DNA of 64,000 nt from Naegleria gruberi (Eukaryota), in NCBI GenBank assembly GCA_000004985.1, contig GG738916.1; one strand, given 5' to 3'. Position 1 is the stretch's first letter, and every line of letters starts with the position of its first letter. The translations under genes and the position numbers were made by a program. The notes below the pieces were generated by a model that ran no database searches, had not been told where the DNA came from, and worked only from the letters and a program-made list of their open reading frames with translations. This document shows, piece after piece, positions 10,701 to 19,208 of the stretch.

Positions 10701-11661
10701 TTTCAACAGACTCATCAAGGCTGATTCTAACGTTAACTACTTGTTAGAACTTCTCTGTGAAGCTAAGGAATTTGCTGAAATCCCTGTCAGACATAATGAA
10801 GACAAGTTGAATAAGGAATTGAGTGAAGTTGTTCCTCTTGGAGTTTACATGCACGACTATGAATCTCCACACATTAAGTGTTATTTACTTTTACAAGCTC
10901 ACTTTGAAAGAGTCAAGCTTCCAATTGTCGACTACATTACTGATACTAGAACAATTTTAGATTCTACCATCCGTATTTCTCAATCCTATATTGATATCTG
11001 TGCCGAAAAGGGATACTTGCAACCAACAATTAACATGATGCACATTTTGCAAATGATCATGCAAGCCAGATGGGCAACAGATTCAACCCTCTATCAATTG
11101 TTCAGTAATTTGCAATGTCCACGTGAAAATACTGAAAGTTCTTCAGAAGATATTCACAACTTTATTCAAAACTTAGCTCAAAAGGAAAATGTCACTGGTC
11201 TCAAGCAATTGTTGGATGTTAAATATCAACAAGGCGAGTCTGCTTTGCAAAAATTGATTTCCAAATATTTGAGAAAGAACAACTTAGTATCCAATCTCAT
11301 GAAGATTGTTGAAGAATTCCCATATTTAACTGTAAAGATTGACAAGGTTACTCACGATGAAGAAGATCACCAACTTGAAGTTTCTGTCAACATTGAAAGA
11401 TTAAGCAAACCAAAAGAACAAGCTTACACACCAATGTATACCAAACAAAAGGATGAAGGATTCTGGTTGATTGTTTCTAACCCTCAAAACAATGAATTAT
11501 TAGCTCTCAAGAGAGTAAGAGCAAACAGAAAATTCAATCGTACTGAAGTTTATCTTCCAGTCTCTGAAAATGATAAGGAATTGGAAGCTATTGTTGTTCC
11601 TGATTGCTATCTTGGTTTAGATGTTTCTTCTAAATTCTTGTGTAAGATTCAAACTAAATAA
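4774..11661 (+). CDS. ASCC3: ASCC3/Slh1-type Ski2-like DExH RNA helicase with two helicase-Sec63 cassettes (ribosome quality-control RQT helicase family), single exon, 2295 aa
   Basis: First cassette: [42 protein letters not shown]. Second cassette: [51 protein letters not shown]. Long conserved blocks match my recall of ASCC3 ([76 protein letters not shown]). The assignment to ASCC3 rather than the closely related Brr2 rests on my recall of the second-cassette motifs. Confidence 0.85.
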   Translation: [2295 protein letters not shown]

Positions 11662-11744
11662 ACAAAGTTCCGATTCTTGGCTGCGAATTGAATGTTGTAG
11701 TATTTCATTCCATTTTAACTATAAATCTTTCTCTTCTACTTGCA

Positions 11745-11963
11745 TGCATTGTTTCAGTCACCTCTCTGAAATTCCAGAATATTGTGATCTTTCTCGAAAT
11801 ATGTGTTGAATTTGTAATAACATCATTGCTCTATGAGAGGAGCAGTGAAAGTTACAGAGCAGAGATGAGCACCAACTATGATTGAATAATCACGAAGGAA
11901 TGCAAAAAGAGGATGTGTAGAAGTTTTTGATTGAAGGTTTGGTTGTTTATCGATTTCAGACAT
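11745..11963 (-). pseudogene. Degenerate fragment of the first exon of the mitochondrial carrier gene. This is a copy of 18270..18455 and is frame-disrupted.
   Basis: The minus-strand sequence reads MSEIDKQPNLQSKTSTHP...GAHLCSVTFTAPL, then deletions relative to the right-arm copy break the frame. There is no downstream exon, and the helicase gene 3' end abuts the fragment. Confidence 0.65.
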
Positions 11964-12167
11964 TTTTTTTGAGTTTTACAAAGTTCACCAAATTTATCTT
12001 TTAATAAAATGAAAGAAAAAATGGGGTAAAAACCGAGGTTTCTTTCTCGATGAATATTGAGTTTAAAGATGTGATTTTTGGAGTAGAGATAGTAATACAT
12101 GTCTAGTTTAAGTGGTATAAAGTTGAAAAAGAGAAAATGAAAGAATGTTGAAATGGAAAATAATTTA

Positions 12168-12238
12168 TGCGTCGACCGGGAATTGAACCCGGGTCACGGC
12201 GATGGCAACGCCGTATTCTACCACTAAACCATCGACGC
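12168..12238 (-). tRNA. tRNA-Gly (anticodon GCC)
   Basis: The minus-strand sequence is GCGTCGATGGTTTAGTGGTAGAATACGGCGTTGCCATCGCCGTGACCCGGGTTCAATTCCCGGTCGACGCA. The acceptor stem is 7 bp. The A box TGGTTTAGTGG and B box GGTTCAATTCC are present. The anticodon loop is TTGCCAT. The T-stem CCGGG/CCCGG is intact. A T-run terminator follows. Confidence 0.85.
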
Positions 12239-12451
12239 TTCTTGATATCTATCATAAAATGTTGTTAATCAATAAGCTAATGGAGGTAGCATATTACTGT
12301 TCCAAGTTTTTTTAATAAATGTCACTTAATCCACAATAAATTGCAATTTTAATTCTATTATTTTCACTTCACATTCAATTAATTCAAGAATTTCAAACTT
12401 AATTTACAAAAAAATGTTTTAAAGTGAAAAAGCAAAACCGAGCACAACATT

Positions 12452-14812
12452 ATGGGAGTAAATACGAAAAGCAATACACTGCTTACACTTGTTTCCAAGT
12501 GGGCAGTCTCCAATTCCATTATTATTCCTACCAACAACAATTCTGCATTGGAAAATCATCACAATGTGCAACAATCAACAAGCCTTTTAGATTTGCTTCC
12601 GATGAGAGTAATTGAAGAATTACTATCCTATCAATCGGCCTCTTCATTGGAACATTACTATTCTCTTTATTCTTCATCAAACTCTTCATCATCAAATGTA
12701 TTGATGAATAATAATTATAATATTAATTTGAATAATAGGAAATTAATGCAAAGGATTGTGGATCAATGTTTTGCAAGATTAATCGGAATTCAATTTGGAG
12801 AACCTCTAATTTACTCTAAATTGCAGACAAAACAAGGACAGTTACTGAAGGAAGGTGAGGAATTGGGATTATCATCACTCGAAGACTTGGATGATGAAGG
12901 TTATCATATAACAAGCTATTTTGAAAGTTATTTGCAAAAGTGTTTGGTGAATGTGTTATCGGAGAGACAAATTATTGAATTTGTCAAGATGAGTGATGAA
13001 GAGAATGAAAAAGTGAATGAAGATTGTGTTGTTTATAAGGAATTTCTCGATTTACCAATTGCAGATTCTGTTCTTAATCTTGCATTTTCGGAATTTGATG
13101 AGAACAATGAAATATTTCACTACTCAAAACGTATTTTCAATACGATTGGACAAGCTGTTTCTAAATTTGCTAAATATTCGAAAAAAATATCAGTTCCAAA
13201 GACTCTCTTGAAATATTTGGATGAAAGTTGTTCGATTGAGGAGTTTTTTAGCAATTTTACTCATGTTCATGAAATATCCTTCAGAGATATGAGAGATTCA
13301 GATGTTCAAAATATTATTCATATTCTCAAGCAGTGTAATAATGTAGAATCACTTTCATTTTATCATACATTTTTCACAGAGTCCAATCTTGCAATGGTTT
13401 TAGATATTTACTCAGACGCCATCTATGTGCCTCCAACAGATTATTCAGTCTATTTTAGTGATGATATCATGGAAAAGAAACCAATAGAACCAGCAAATGC
13501 CATGGTATATGATGAATTTGATTTTTATAGTGACATTCTGTCTCCTTCAGTCCCAATCGAAACAACATTGGAATCCAATAAGAAAAGAGAAAATAATAAC
13601 TTGTTTATAGAAGACGAGCTTGATTCCAAAAAGAGAAAAACAGATCCACCCAAACTCAAGAAACTCTCATTCAGATCGATATCTCTGTATCACTCATCCT
13701 GTAAATCAATTAGAGAAATATTGGAATATAACTCAACAGATATGCATGGAGTGGAGCTGAATTTTTCCTTCAATGAAATGAGTTCAGTAATGGCCAATGA
13801 GATGCTCTCAGGAGAATCCATAAGAAATATAACAAGATTAATACTCACAGAAAACAATGTAGAAAATGACTTTCTCATTCACCTCTCATCTCAAAAAGAC
13901 TTTTTCAAAAGTATCAAACATCTAGATTTGAGTAATAATAACTTTGTTGGAACTATTGGAGTGAATGCATTATTCACAGCATTGAATAACTATTCTTCAG
14001 GTATTTCTTTGGAACATTTGAATATTAGTCACAACAAACTCGGGGGAACAGACCTCCTCAATGACAATTATCGAATTGTACACCAAAATGAATTTAGCAA
14101 ATTGATAGAATACTTGAATGGGCCTAATTGCAACTTGAAAGAACTTTTGATCTCAAATTGTGATTTAACCCAAACAATGGTCGAATCACTCCTACTTGCT
14201 GTGGCCAATAATTCATCCCTAACCACATTGGACATTTCCAATACTCATTCCCTCCGTTTGTGTGGTTCTTCTCTGTCTCTAATGATCACCTCCAACAGCC
14301 CCCTGAAGAAAATGTCCATATCCACATGCTCCCTCAATGAAATTTCAGATTCTCTCTTTAATTCTCTCCTCTCCAATACCTCTCTTAGATATTTAGATTT
14401 GAGTGGAAATCGTTTCAAAGAATATGGTGGGAAGAACATTCTGACCTATCTCAGAACCAAAATTGATCAGCAACTCACAGAAAAACGAAACAAACATCAA
14501 CCATTCCATTTGAATACTCTCGATTTATCCTCCAATACTCTAACAGAACAATTTTGTCTCCAATTGACCCAACTCTTTGCCTCTCACTCCACGGATACAA
14601 CTGAACTATTGGACAAACACTATCTTCAAGCTAATGGATTACCTCTCATTGACATTCTCCAATTGGAAAACAACTTTTTCTCTCCTCATCTCACTCTGAG
14701 ATTAAAACAAGCAGCTCTCGACAGTTTCATTGTGAATCGAATTGTTCTCACCAATGAAGATGGATCCTCTGAGGTATTTTCTAATGTTTGTGATGGAACC
14801 ACTCTCACTTGA
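12452..14812 (+). CDS. Leucine-rich-repeat protein with an N-terminal F-box-like motif, 786 aa
   Basis: The F-box-like motif is LLDLLPMRVIEELLSY. Multiple LRRs are present (LDLSNNNFVGTIG, LNISHNKLGGTDL, LDLSSNTLTEQ, LDLSGNRF). There are poly-S/N tracts. It is a single ORF with an ATG start. Confidence 0.7.
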   Translation: MGVNTKSNTLLTLVSKWAVSNSIIIPTNNNSALENHHNVQQSTSLLDLLPMRVIEELLSYQSASSLEHYYSLYSSSNSSSSNVLMNNNYNINLNNRKLMQRIVDQCFARLIGIQFGEPLIYSKLQTKQGQLLKEGEELGLSSLEDLDDEGYHITSYFESYLQKCLVNVLSERQIIEFVKMSDEENEKVNEDCVVYKEFLDLPIADSVLNLAFSEFDENNEIFHYSKRIFNTIGQAVSKFAKYSKKISVPKTLLKYLDESCSIEEFFSNFTHVHEISFRDMRDSDVQNIIHILKQCNNVESLSFYHTFFTESNLAMVLDIYSDAIYVPPTDYSVYFSDDIMEKKPIEPANAMVYDEFDFYSDILSPSVPIETTLESNKKRENNNLFIEDELDSKKRKTDPPKLKKLSFRSISLYHSSCKSIREILEYNSTDMHGVELNFSFNEMSSVMANEMLSGESIRNITRLILTENNVENDFLIHLSSQKDFFKSIKHLDLSNNNFVGTIGVNALFTALNNYSSGISLEHLNISHNKLGGTDLLNDNYRIVHQNEFSKLIEYLNGPNCNLKELLISNCDLTQTMVESLLLAVANNSSLTTLDISNTHSLRLCGSSLSLMITSNSPLKKMSISTCSLNEISDSLFNSLLSNTSLRYLDLSGNRFKEYGGKNILTYLRTKIDQQLTEKRNKHQPFHLNTLDLSSNTLTEQFCLQLTQLFASHSTDTTELLDKHYLQANGLPLIDILQLENNFFSPHLTLRLKQAALDSFIVNRIVLTNEDGSSEVFSNVCDGTTLT

Positions 14813-14996
14813 TTGCTGAAAGGGTTGTTGTTTCATTTAAAAAATTCGTTCCTTATTCTTCGGATCGGAATATTGTTTTTGATAACTAGAGAAAACAATC
14901 TGTAGTTTGCTGTAACGGTTTGGTTTGGTTTGGCGCCAAAAACAACTGTAAGAAAATTCCCTCCAAATTGCAACAGAAATCAAAAAAAAAGAAAAT

Positions 14997-16499
14997 ATGA
15001 GTACAATCAGCAAGGGCTCAAAGGCCTCAACAACATCACAAAAGAAGGACAAACTGAAGGCTCTTCTCTGTGATAAAGTAATTGAATTGGTTAAAAAAGG
15101 AGGCAGTGCTCAAATACCTGCCGAAGCATTGAGTTTGATCAGTAGGGATGTAGATGGTCTTATGAAGGAAGGAAAAGGTAGCGAAGCTGACTTGAAGGTT
15201 ATTGCCAACAAGGTAAAAGGAATGCTATCAAAAGCATCTTCAACAGCATCCTCTAGACATTCTATTCCTCCTCTCGATACACACAGTGTAGCTTCTAAAA
15301 AGAGTTCAAGCTCTCACCAAAGCGAAAGATCCGAAATTGCAAGAAGTACCACTTCTAACCAACAACAAGAAACAGAAGAAGAACCTGCTTATGCTATTGG
15401 AACTTTGGGTGGATTATTCGGAGGTGGTATCAAAAAGACTGCCAAACCAAACAAGCCACCAAGTGGTGATGACATTTGGGCTGCCATTGCAGTTAAGGAC
15501 ACTGAGGAATATCACAATGAACAACATCAAGAGTACGTACGTCAAAAACAAAAGCAAGCAGAGTTGAGAGAAACATTGCAAAAGCAAAAGGAAGAAAACC
15601 ACCGTCAAGAAGAAATCAAGATTAAGAAGGAACAAAAATACATTGAAGAGCAAAAAGCAAGAGCTCAACGAGAAGCAGAAGAAGAAAAGAAGAGAGAAGA
15701 GGAGAGAAGATTGAGAATATTGGAAGAAAAGAGAGTAAGAGATCAACAATTAGAGCAATCCAAGATTAGAAAACAAATGATCGATCAAAAGAAGAAGGAA
15801 GAAGAAGAAGAACTTGTCAACAAACTTAAGAAACAAATCAATAAGGAAAAGGAGAAGGAAGTCCAAACTAGGGAAAGCAACAAGAAGGAACTTTCTTCAT
15901 TTTTGGCTTACAACGAAACCATTAAACAAAGAAAAGAAGAAGAAGCTAAGAAGGAAATTGAAGAAGACTTGAAATCGTTCAAGCTCTTTGAAGAAAAGCA
16001 ACGTCAACAAGAATTAAGAAGAGAGATGGAAATGAAGAAAATGTACGAAAGACAAAGTTTATCAATTGCTCTCTCTAACAAGTTAGAAGCCAATTTGGAT
16101 GAAAAAGCTAAGGAAGACGAAATTAAGGCAGATAGAATTCATTCTGAAATGGAAATGAAAAAGGAGAATGAAGACAAGAAGAAGAGGGATCGTTTACAAA
16201 AACAAAAGGAAGAAATGATGGATACATTGGCCAGACAAATTCAAGGCAAGTTTGATAATAGAAAGGAAGTTTTAATGGAAGAACAGAGACGTAAGGAACA
16301 AATTGAAGAAGATTTAAGAAAGGCAGAACAAGAAGAACTGGATAGAAAGAGAAGATTTAAAGAAGGTTTGAAGAATCAACGTGAATCTTTATCTGAACAA
16401 GTTAAAGAAAAGCAACACGTAACCATGAAACAAAGTGGTATGTCAGATATTGAAATGAAGCTCAATGCTGATAGACTGAAAAAGATTAACATGTTGTAA
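14997..16499 (+). CDS. K/E/R-rich coiled-coil protein, 500 aa, low complexity, function unknown
   Basis: A long uninterrupted ORF with heptad-like EEKKR repeats such as EEQKARAQREAEEEKKREEERRLRILEEKR. It sits in a clean intergenic context with an ATG preceded by an A-run. Confidence 0.55.
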   Translation: MSTISKGSKASTTSQKKDKLKALLCDKVIELVKKGGSAQIPAEALSLISRDVDGLMKEGKGSEADLKVIANKVKGMLSKASSTASSRHSIPPLDTHSVASKKSSSSHQSERSEIARSTTSNQQQETEEEPAYAIGTLGGLFGGGIKKTAKPNKPPSGDDIWAAIAVKDTEEYHNEQHQEYVRQKQKQAELRETLQKQKEENHRQEEIKIKKEQKYIEEQKARAQREAEEEKKREEERRLRILEEKRVRDQQLEQSKIRKQMIDQKKKEEEEELVNKLKKQINKEKEKEVQTRESNKKELSSFLAYNETIKQRKEEEAKKEIEEDLKSFKLFEEKQRQQELRREMEMKKMYERQSLSIALSNKLEANLDEKAKEDEIKADRIHSEMEMKKENEDKKKRDRLQKQKEEMMDTLARQIQGKFDNRKEVLMEEQRRKEQIEEDLRKAEQEELDRKRRFKEGLKNQRESLSEQVKEKQHVTMKQSGMSDIEMKLNADRLKKINML

Positions 16500-16554
16500 A
16501 TTTCTTGGATATTCGAATAGAATAATCAAACAAATTGTACATAAAACCTAGAGT

Positions 16555-17259
16555 TTAATTTAAACTACCTAAGTAGTCTTCCTTGATGGTACCTACTGCG
16601 AACAATCCTGTTGGTTCGACTTTCATACCCATAATCTTTAATCTTACATCCTTTTCTTCCATGATGGAAACCTGATGATTGAATTGATGAAAATTAAATT
16701 GAATAATTATTCAAAGTTCAAATTGATGATGAAGATTCGTGATGAAAATTTAGGTATTGTTGTTGCATGTTAAAAGATTGAATTGTTGTGAAAATACATA
16801 CTTGAGCTTCTTCCGAAATAAATCTTGGAGGAGTATGATGGCCATCATACTTCATATCATCTGGAACAGCATGACTACTAACAAAAACATTCAATGGACC
16901 TAGATAATCAATGAATTATATGTCACACAACCACTGCAATACTTACCAACACTTGCAAAAAATCCAACTGGTGTTACTTTATATACAACAGCATCACAAA
17001 CTTCTCCTTTGAAAGGCTTGAATACTATAGCTTTATAATTAATAGGGAATGTAGCATATCCTGATGATTCTCCAATTTTACCTTGTCCAATTTTTGTGAT
17101 TTCTGTAACAGAAACAATATATCCATCTCTTCCTGTACATTGTCCTTCAACGTCGTTTTGAAGACGAGCACGAAGTGTACGAGTAAGATCAGGACCAAAG
17201 AATTTAGGATGCAAACGAATATTCTTGTCCAAATCCACCTTTTTTAATAAAATCCGCAT
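16555..17259 (-). CDS. RPB7: RNA polymerase subunit Rpb7 (Rpb7/RPC25 family), three exons: 17259..16947, 16899..16802, 16671..16555
   Basis: Exon 1 reads MRILLKKVDLDKNIRLHPKFFGPDLTRTLRARLQNDVEGQCTGRDGYIV...AIVFKPFKGEVCDAVV...GFFASV, then a GTAAGT donor. The 47-nt intron ends TAG. Exon 2 reads GPLNVFVSSHAVPDDMKYDGHHTPPRFISEEAQ, then GTATGT. The 130-nt intron ends CAG. Exon 3 reads VSIMEEKDVRLKIMGMKVEPTGLFAVGTIKEDYLGSLN and ends in a stop. The total is 175 aa, and it aligns along the whole length of human RPB7. Confidence 0.8.
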
Positions 17260-17617
17260 TGATCATTATATTCATCAACAATAATTATATTGATCACATT
17301 GTCATCATGATGAAAATACACAATAATTGATTTCAATACAAATCGACTCTCCCAACAATACCTACCAAGAAGAACATTTTTTTGTTTGTGTTTTCCGTTA
17401 AAAATAAATTTGCTTGCTTTTTTACTTCACAAATTTCATCCTCTTTGTGTGATGGTAAATGTATGAAGTTGAAAAATTAAAATCTTCATTCTCTGATCAT
17501 GATGATGTGATGATGCGAAGGGTTGATGTATTTTCATCGAACAGCAGGCGGTGATGACCTTATTTTCTATATAGTACTCCAATCAATTTTGAAAATAAAA
17601 ATAATTTTATTTAAAAA

Positions 17618-17794
17618 ATGGCAAAGAAGAAGGCAAAGACTATCCTCATCAAACTCGTTTCCAGTGCTAAAACTGGCTTTTTCTACACTACCAACAAGAA
17701 TACACAAAACATTCAAAGAAAATTGGCTTTCAGGAAATACGACCCAATTGTTGATAGACACGTTTTGTTCACTGAAGCTAAGGTTAAGAAGTAA
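17618..17794 (+). CDS. Mitochondrial-type ribosomal protein bL33, 58 aa. This small gene is absent from the supplied ORF track.
   Basis: ATG at 17618. The product is MAKKKAKTILIKLVSSAKTGFFYTTNKNTQNIQRKLAFRKYDPIVDRHVLFTEAKVKK, then a stop. It closely matches the bacterial/organellar L33 consensus (MAKKGKR..VKL.S.AGTG.FY.T.KN....KLE..KYDP.V..HVLF.E.K). Confidence 0.7.
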   Translation: MAKKKAKTILIKLVSSAKTGFFYTTNKNTQNIQRKLAFRKYDPIVDRHVLFTEAKVKK

Positions 17795-17944
17795 ATTTTT
17801 GGATTCCGCATTATCACCCGATAGTAATATCACTTTCTAGTTCCTTCCGAATAATTATTTAAAATTAACGATAAAAACTCTATAAAAACTCTTTAAAGGA
17901 TATTTAATGTTTCTAATTGAATAGAATCATTTGGAAAATATACA

Positions 17945-18528
17945 AGAAAATCATTAGTTATTCATTAACAACATTTTATGATAGATATCAAGAAGCGTCG
18001 ATGGTTTAGTGGTAGAATACGGCGTTGCCATCGCCGTGAATAGGGTTCAATTCCCGGTCGACGCATAAATTATTTTCCATTTCAACATTCTTTCATTTTC
18101 TCTTTTTCAACTTTATACCACTAAAACTAGACATTTATTACTATCTCTACTCCAAAAATCACATCTTTAAAATCAATATTCATCGAGAAAGAAACCTCGG
18201 TTTTTACCCCATTTTTTCTTTCATTTTATTAAAAGATAAATTTGGTGAACTTTGTAAAACTCAAAAAAAATGTCTGAAATCGATAAACAACCAAACCTTC
18301 AATCAAAAACTTCTACCCATCCTCTTTTTGCATTCCTTCGTGATTATTCCATCATAGGTGGTGCTCATCTCTGCTCTGTAACTTTCACTGCTCCTCTACA
18401 TAGAGCAATAGATGTTATTACAAATTTCGAGAAAGATCACAATATTCTGGAATAATCAATTGTATTACTGAGGTTGTAAAGAACGAAGGTATTTCGTTTC
18501 TGTGGAGAGGAAACGTTACATATTGTTT
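17945..18528. repeat. Right arm of the inverted duplication, about 585 bp. It contains the second tRNA-Gly and the functional-looking 5' end of the carrier gene.
   Basis: See the left-arm entry. This arm carries the extra 76-nt block. Confidence 0.8.
17995..18065 (+). tRNA. tRNA-Gly (GCC), second copy with an altered T-stem
   Basis: Identical to the left copy except in the variable region and 5' T-stem: GTGAATAGGG in place of GTGACCCGGG. This introduces an A.G mismatch and a U.G pair in the T-stem. The A and B boxes are intact. A T-run lies downstream. Confidence 0.7.
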
Positions 18529-19063
18529 CAGAGAGGTGACAGTTGTTGCCTTAAATTTTTCTTTGCATGAGTCATTTAAGAAAATGCTTCCTCAATATTC
18601 TCCAGTCACTAATCAACTAGAATACTTATCTGGTAGTTTGGCAGGTCTTTCCACATTATCATTCCAATATCCATATGATTACATTTTTACTAAGGAATTT
18701 CATTATTTAAAACCAGGATTCAGAGCTTGTTTTAATGGCCTCTCAGATGTTGCACCCATTTCCATATTATATCGCGGTTTATATTTTGGTCTTTTTGATA
18801 TTTGGAAGGAAATGAGAAGAGACCACTACTCATTAACAAAGAAAGTGGTAGTAGCCCAAGGAGTTTCCATTATTTCTGGAGTTTCTGTTCGTCCTTTTCG
18901 ATTGGCTACAGATCGAGCATTAGGATATGATAGAATTCAAAAGAAATTCTACAAAGGAACTTTTAGAGAATTATGGAAGATTCGAAATGAACAAGGAGTG
19001 AAAGGTTTATTTAAGGGTGTAATGAGTGGATATCACACCTGCCTGTACTTTGATTCTGTTTGA
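18270..19063 (+). CDS. Mitochondrial carrier family (SLC25) protein, ADP/ATP-carrier-like. There is an apparent +1/-2 frameshift near 18440..18455.
   Basis: Frame A (18270..18455) reads ...FLRDYSIIGGAHLCSVTFTAPLHRAIDVITNFEKDHN. The adjacent frame reads QYSGIINCITEVVKNEGISFLWRGNVTYCFREVTVVALNFSLHESFKK.... This is the classic first carrier repeat YKGIIDC...EQG..SFWRGN. No intron can join the two frames. It is either a sequencing indel or a disrupted gene. Confidence 0.65.
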
Positions 19064-19208
19064 TGAAATACATGGATTACTTTTGGATTAGTTCAATAAA
19101 CTTTTCACAGTGTCATCATCACATCCATGGTCAGATATTTGAATGTCTGAAATATACTGATCAGTTAACAATGTATTAAAACACACGTTTTTAAATGAAC
19201 CAATGAAG

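Larger units (their letters stand above)
11745..12290. repeat. Left arm of a diverged inverted duplication, about 545 bp. It contains tRNA-Gly and a degenerate copy of the carrier-gene 5' end.
   Basis: The reverse complement of 11745..12290 aligns with 17945..18528, with scattered mismatches and small indels. A 76-nt block (about 18453..18528) present in the right arm is absent here. Similarity stops at defined inner and outer boundaries. Confidence 0.8.

Noticed and set aside
15414-15749. A 111-aa minus-strand ORF (L/F-rich) inside the coiled-coil gene
   Set aside because: It is an antisense artefact of a K/E-rich repetitive coding region.
11745-18528. The inverted repeat as a palindromic mis-assembly
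   Set aside because: The arms differ by multiple substitutions, small deletions and a 76-nt indel. That fits an old genuine duplication, not an artefact.
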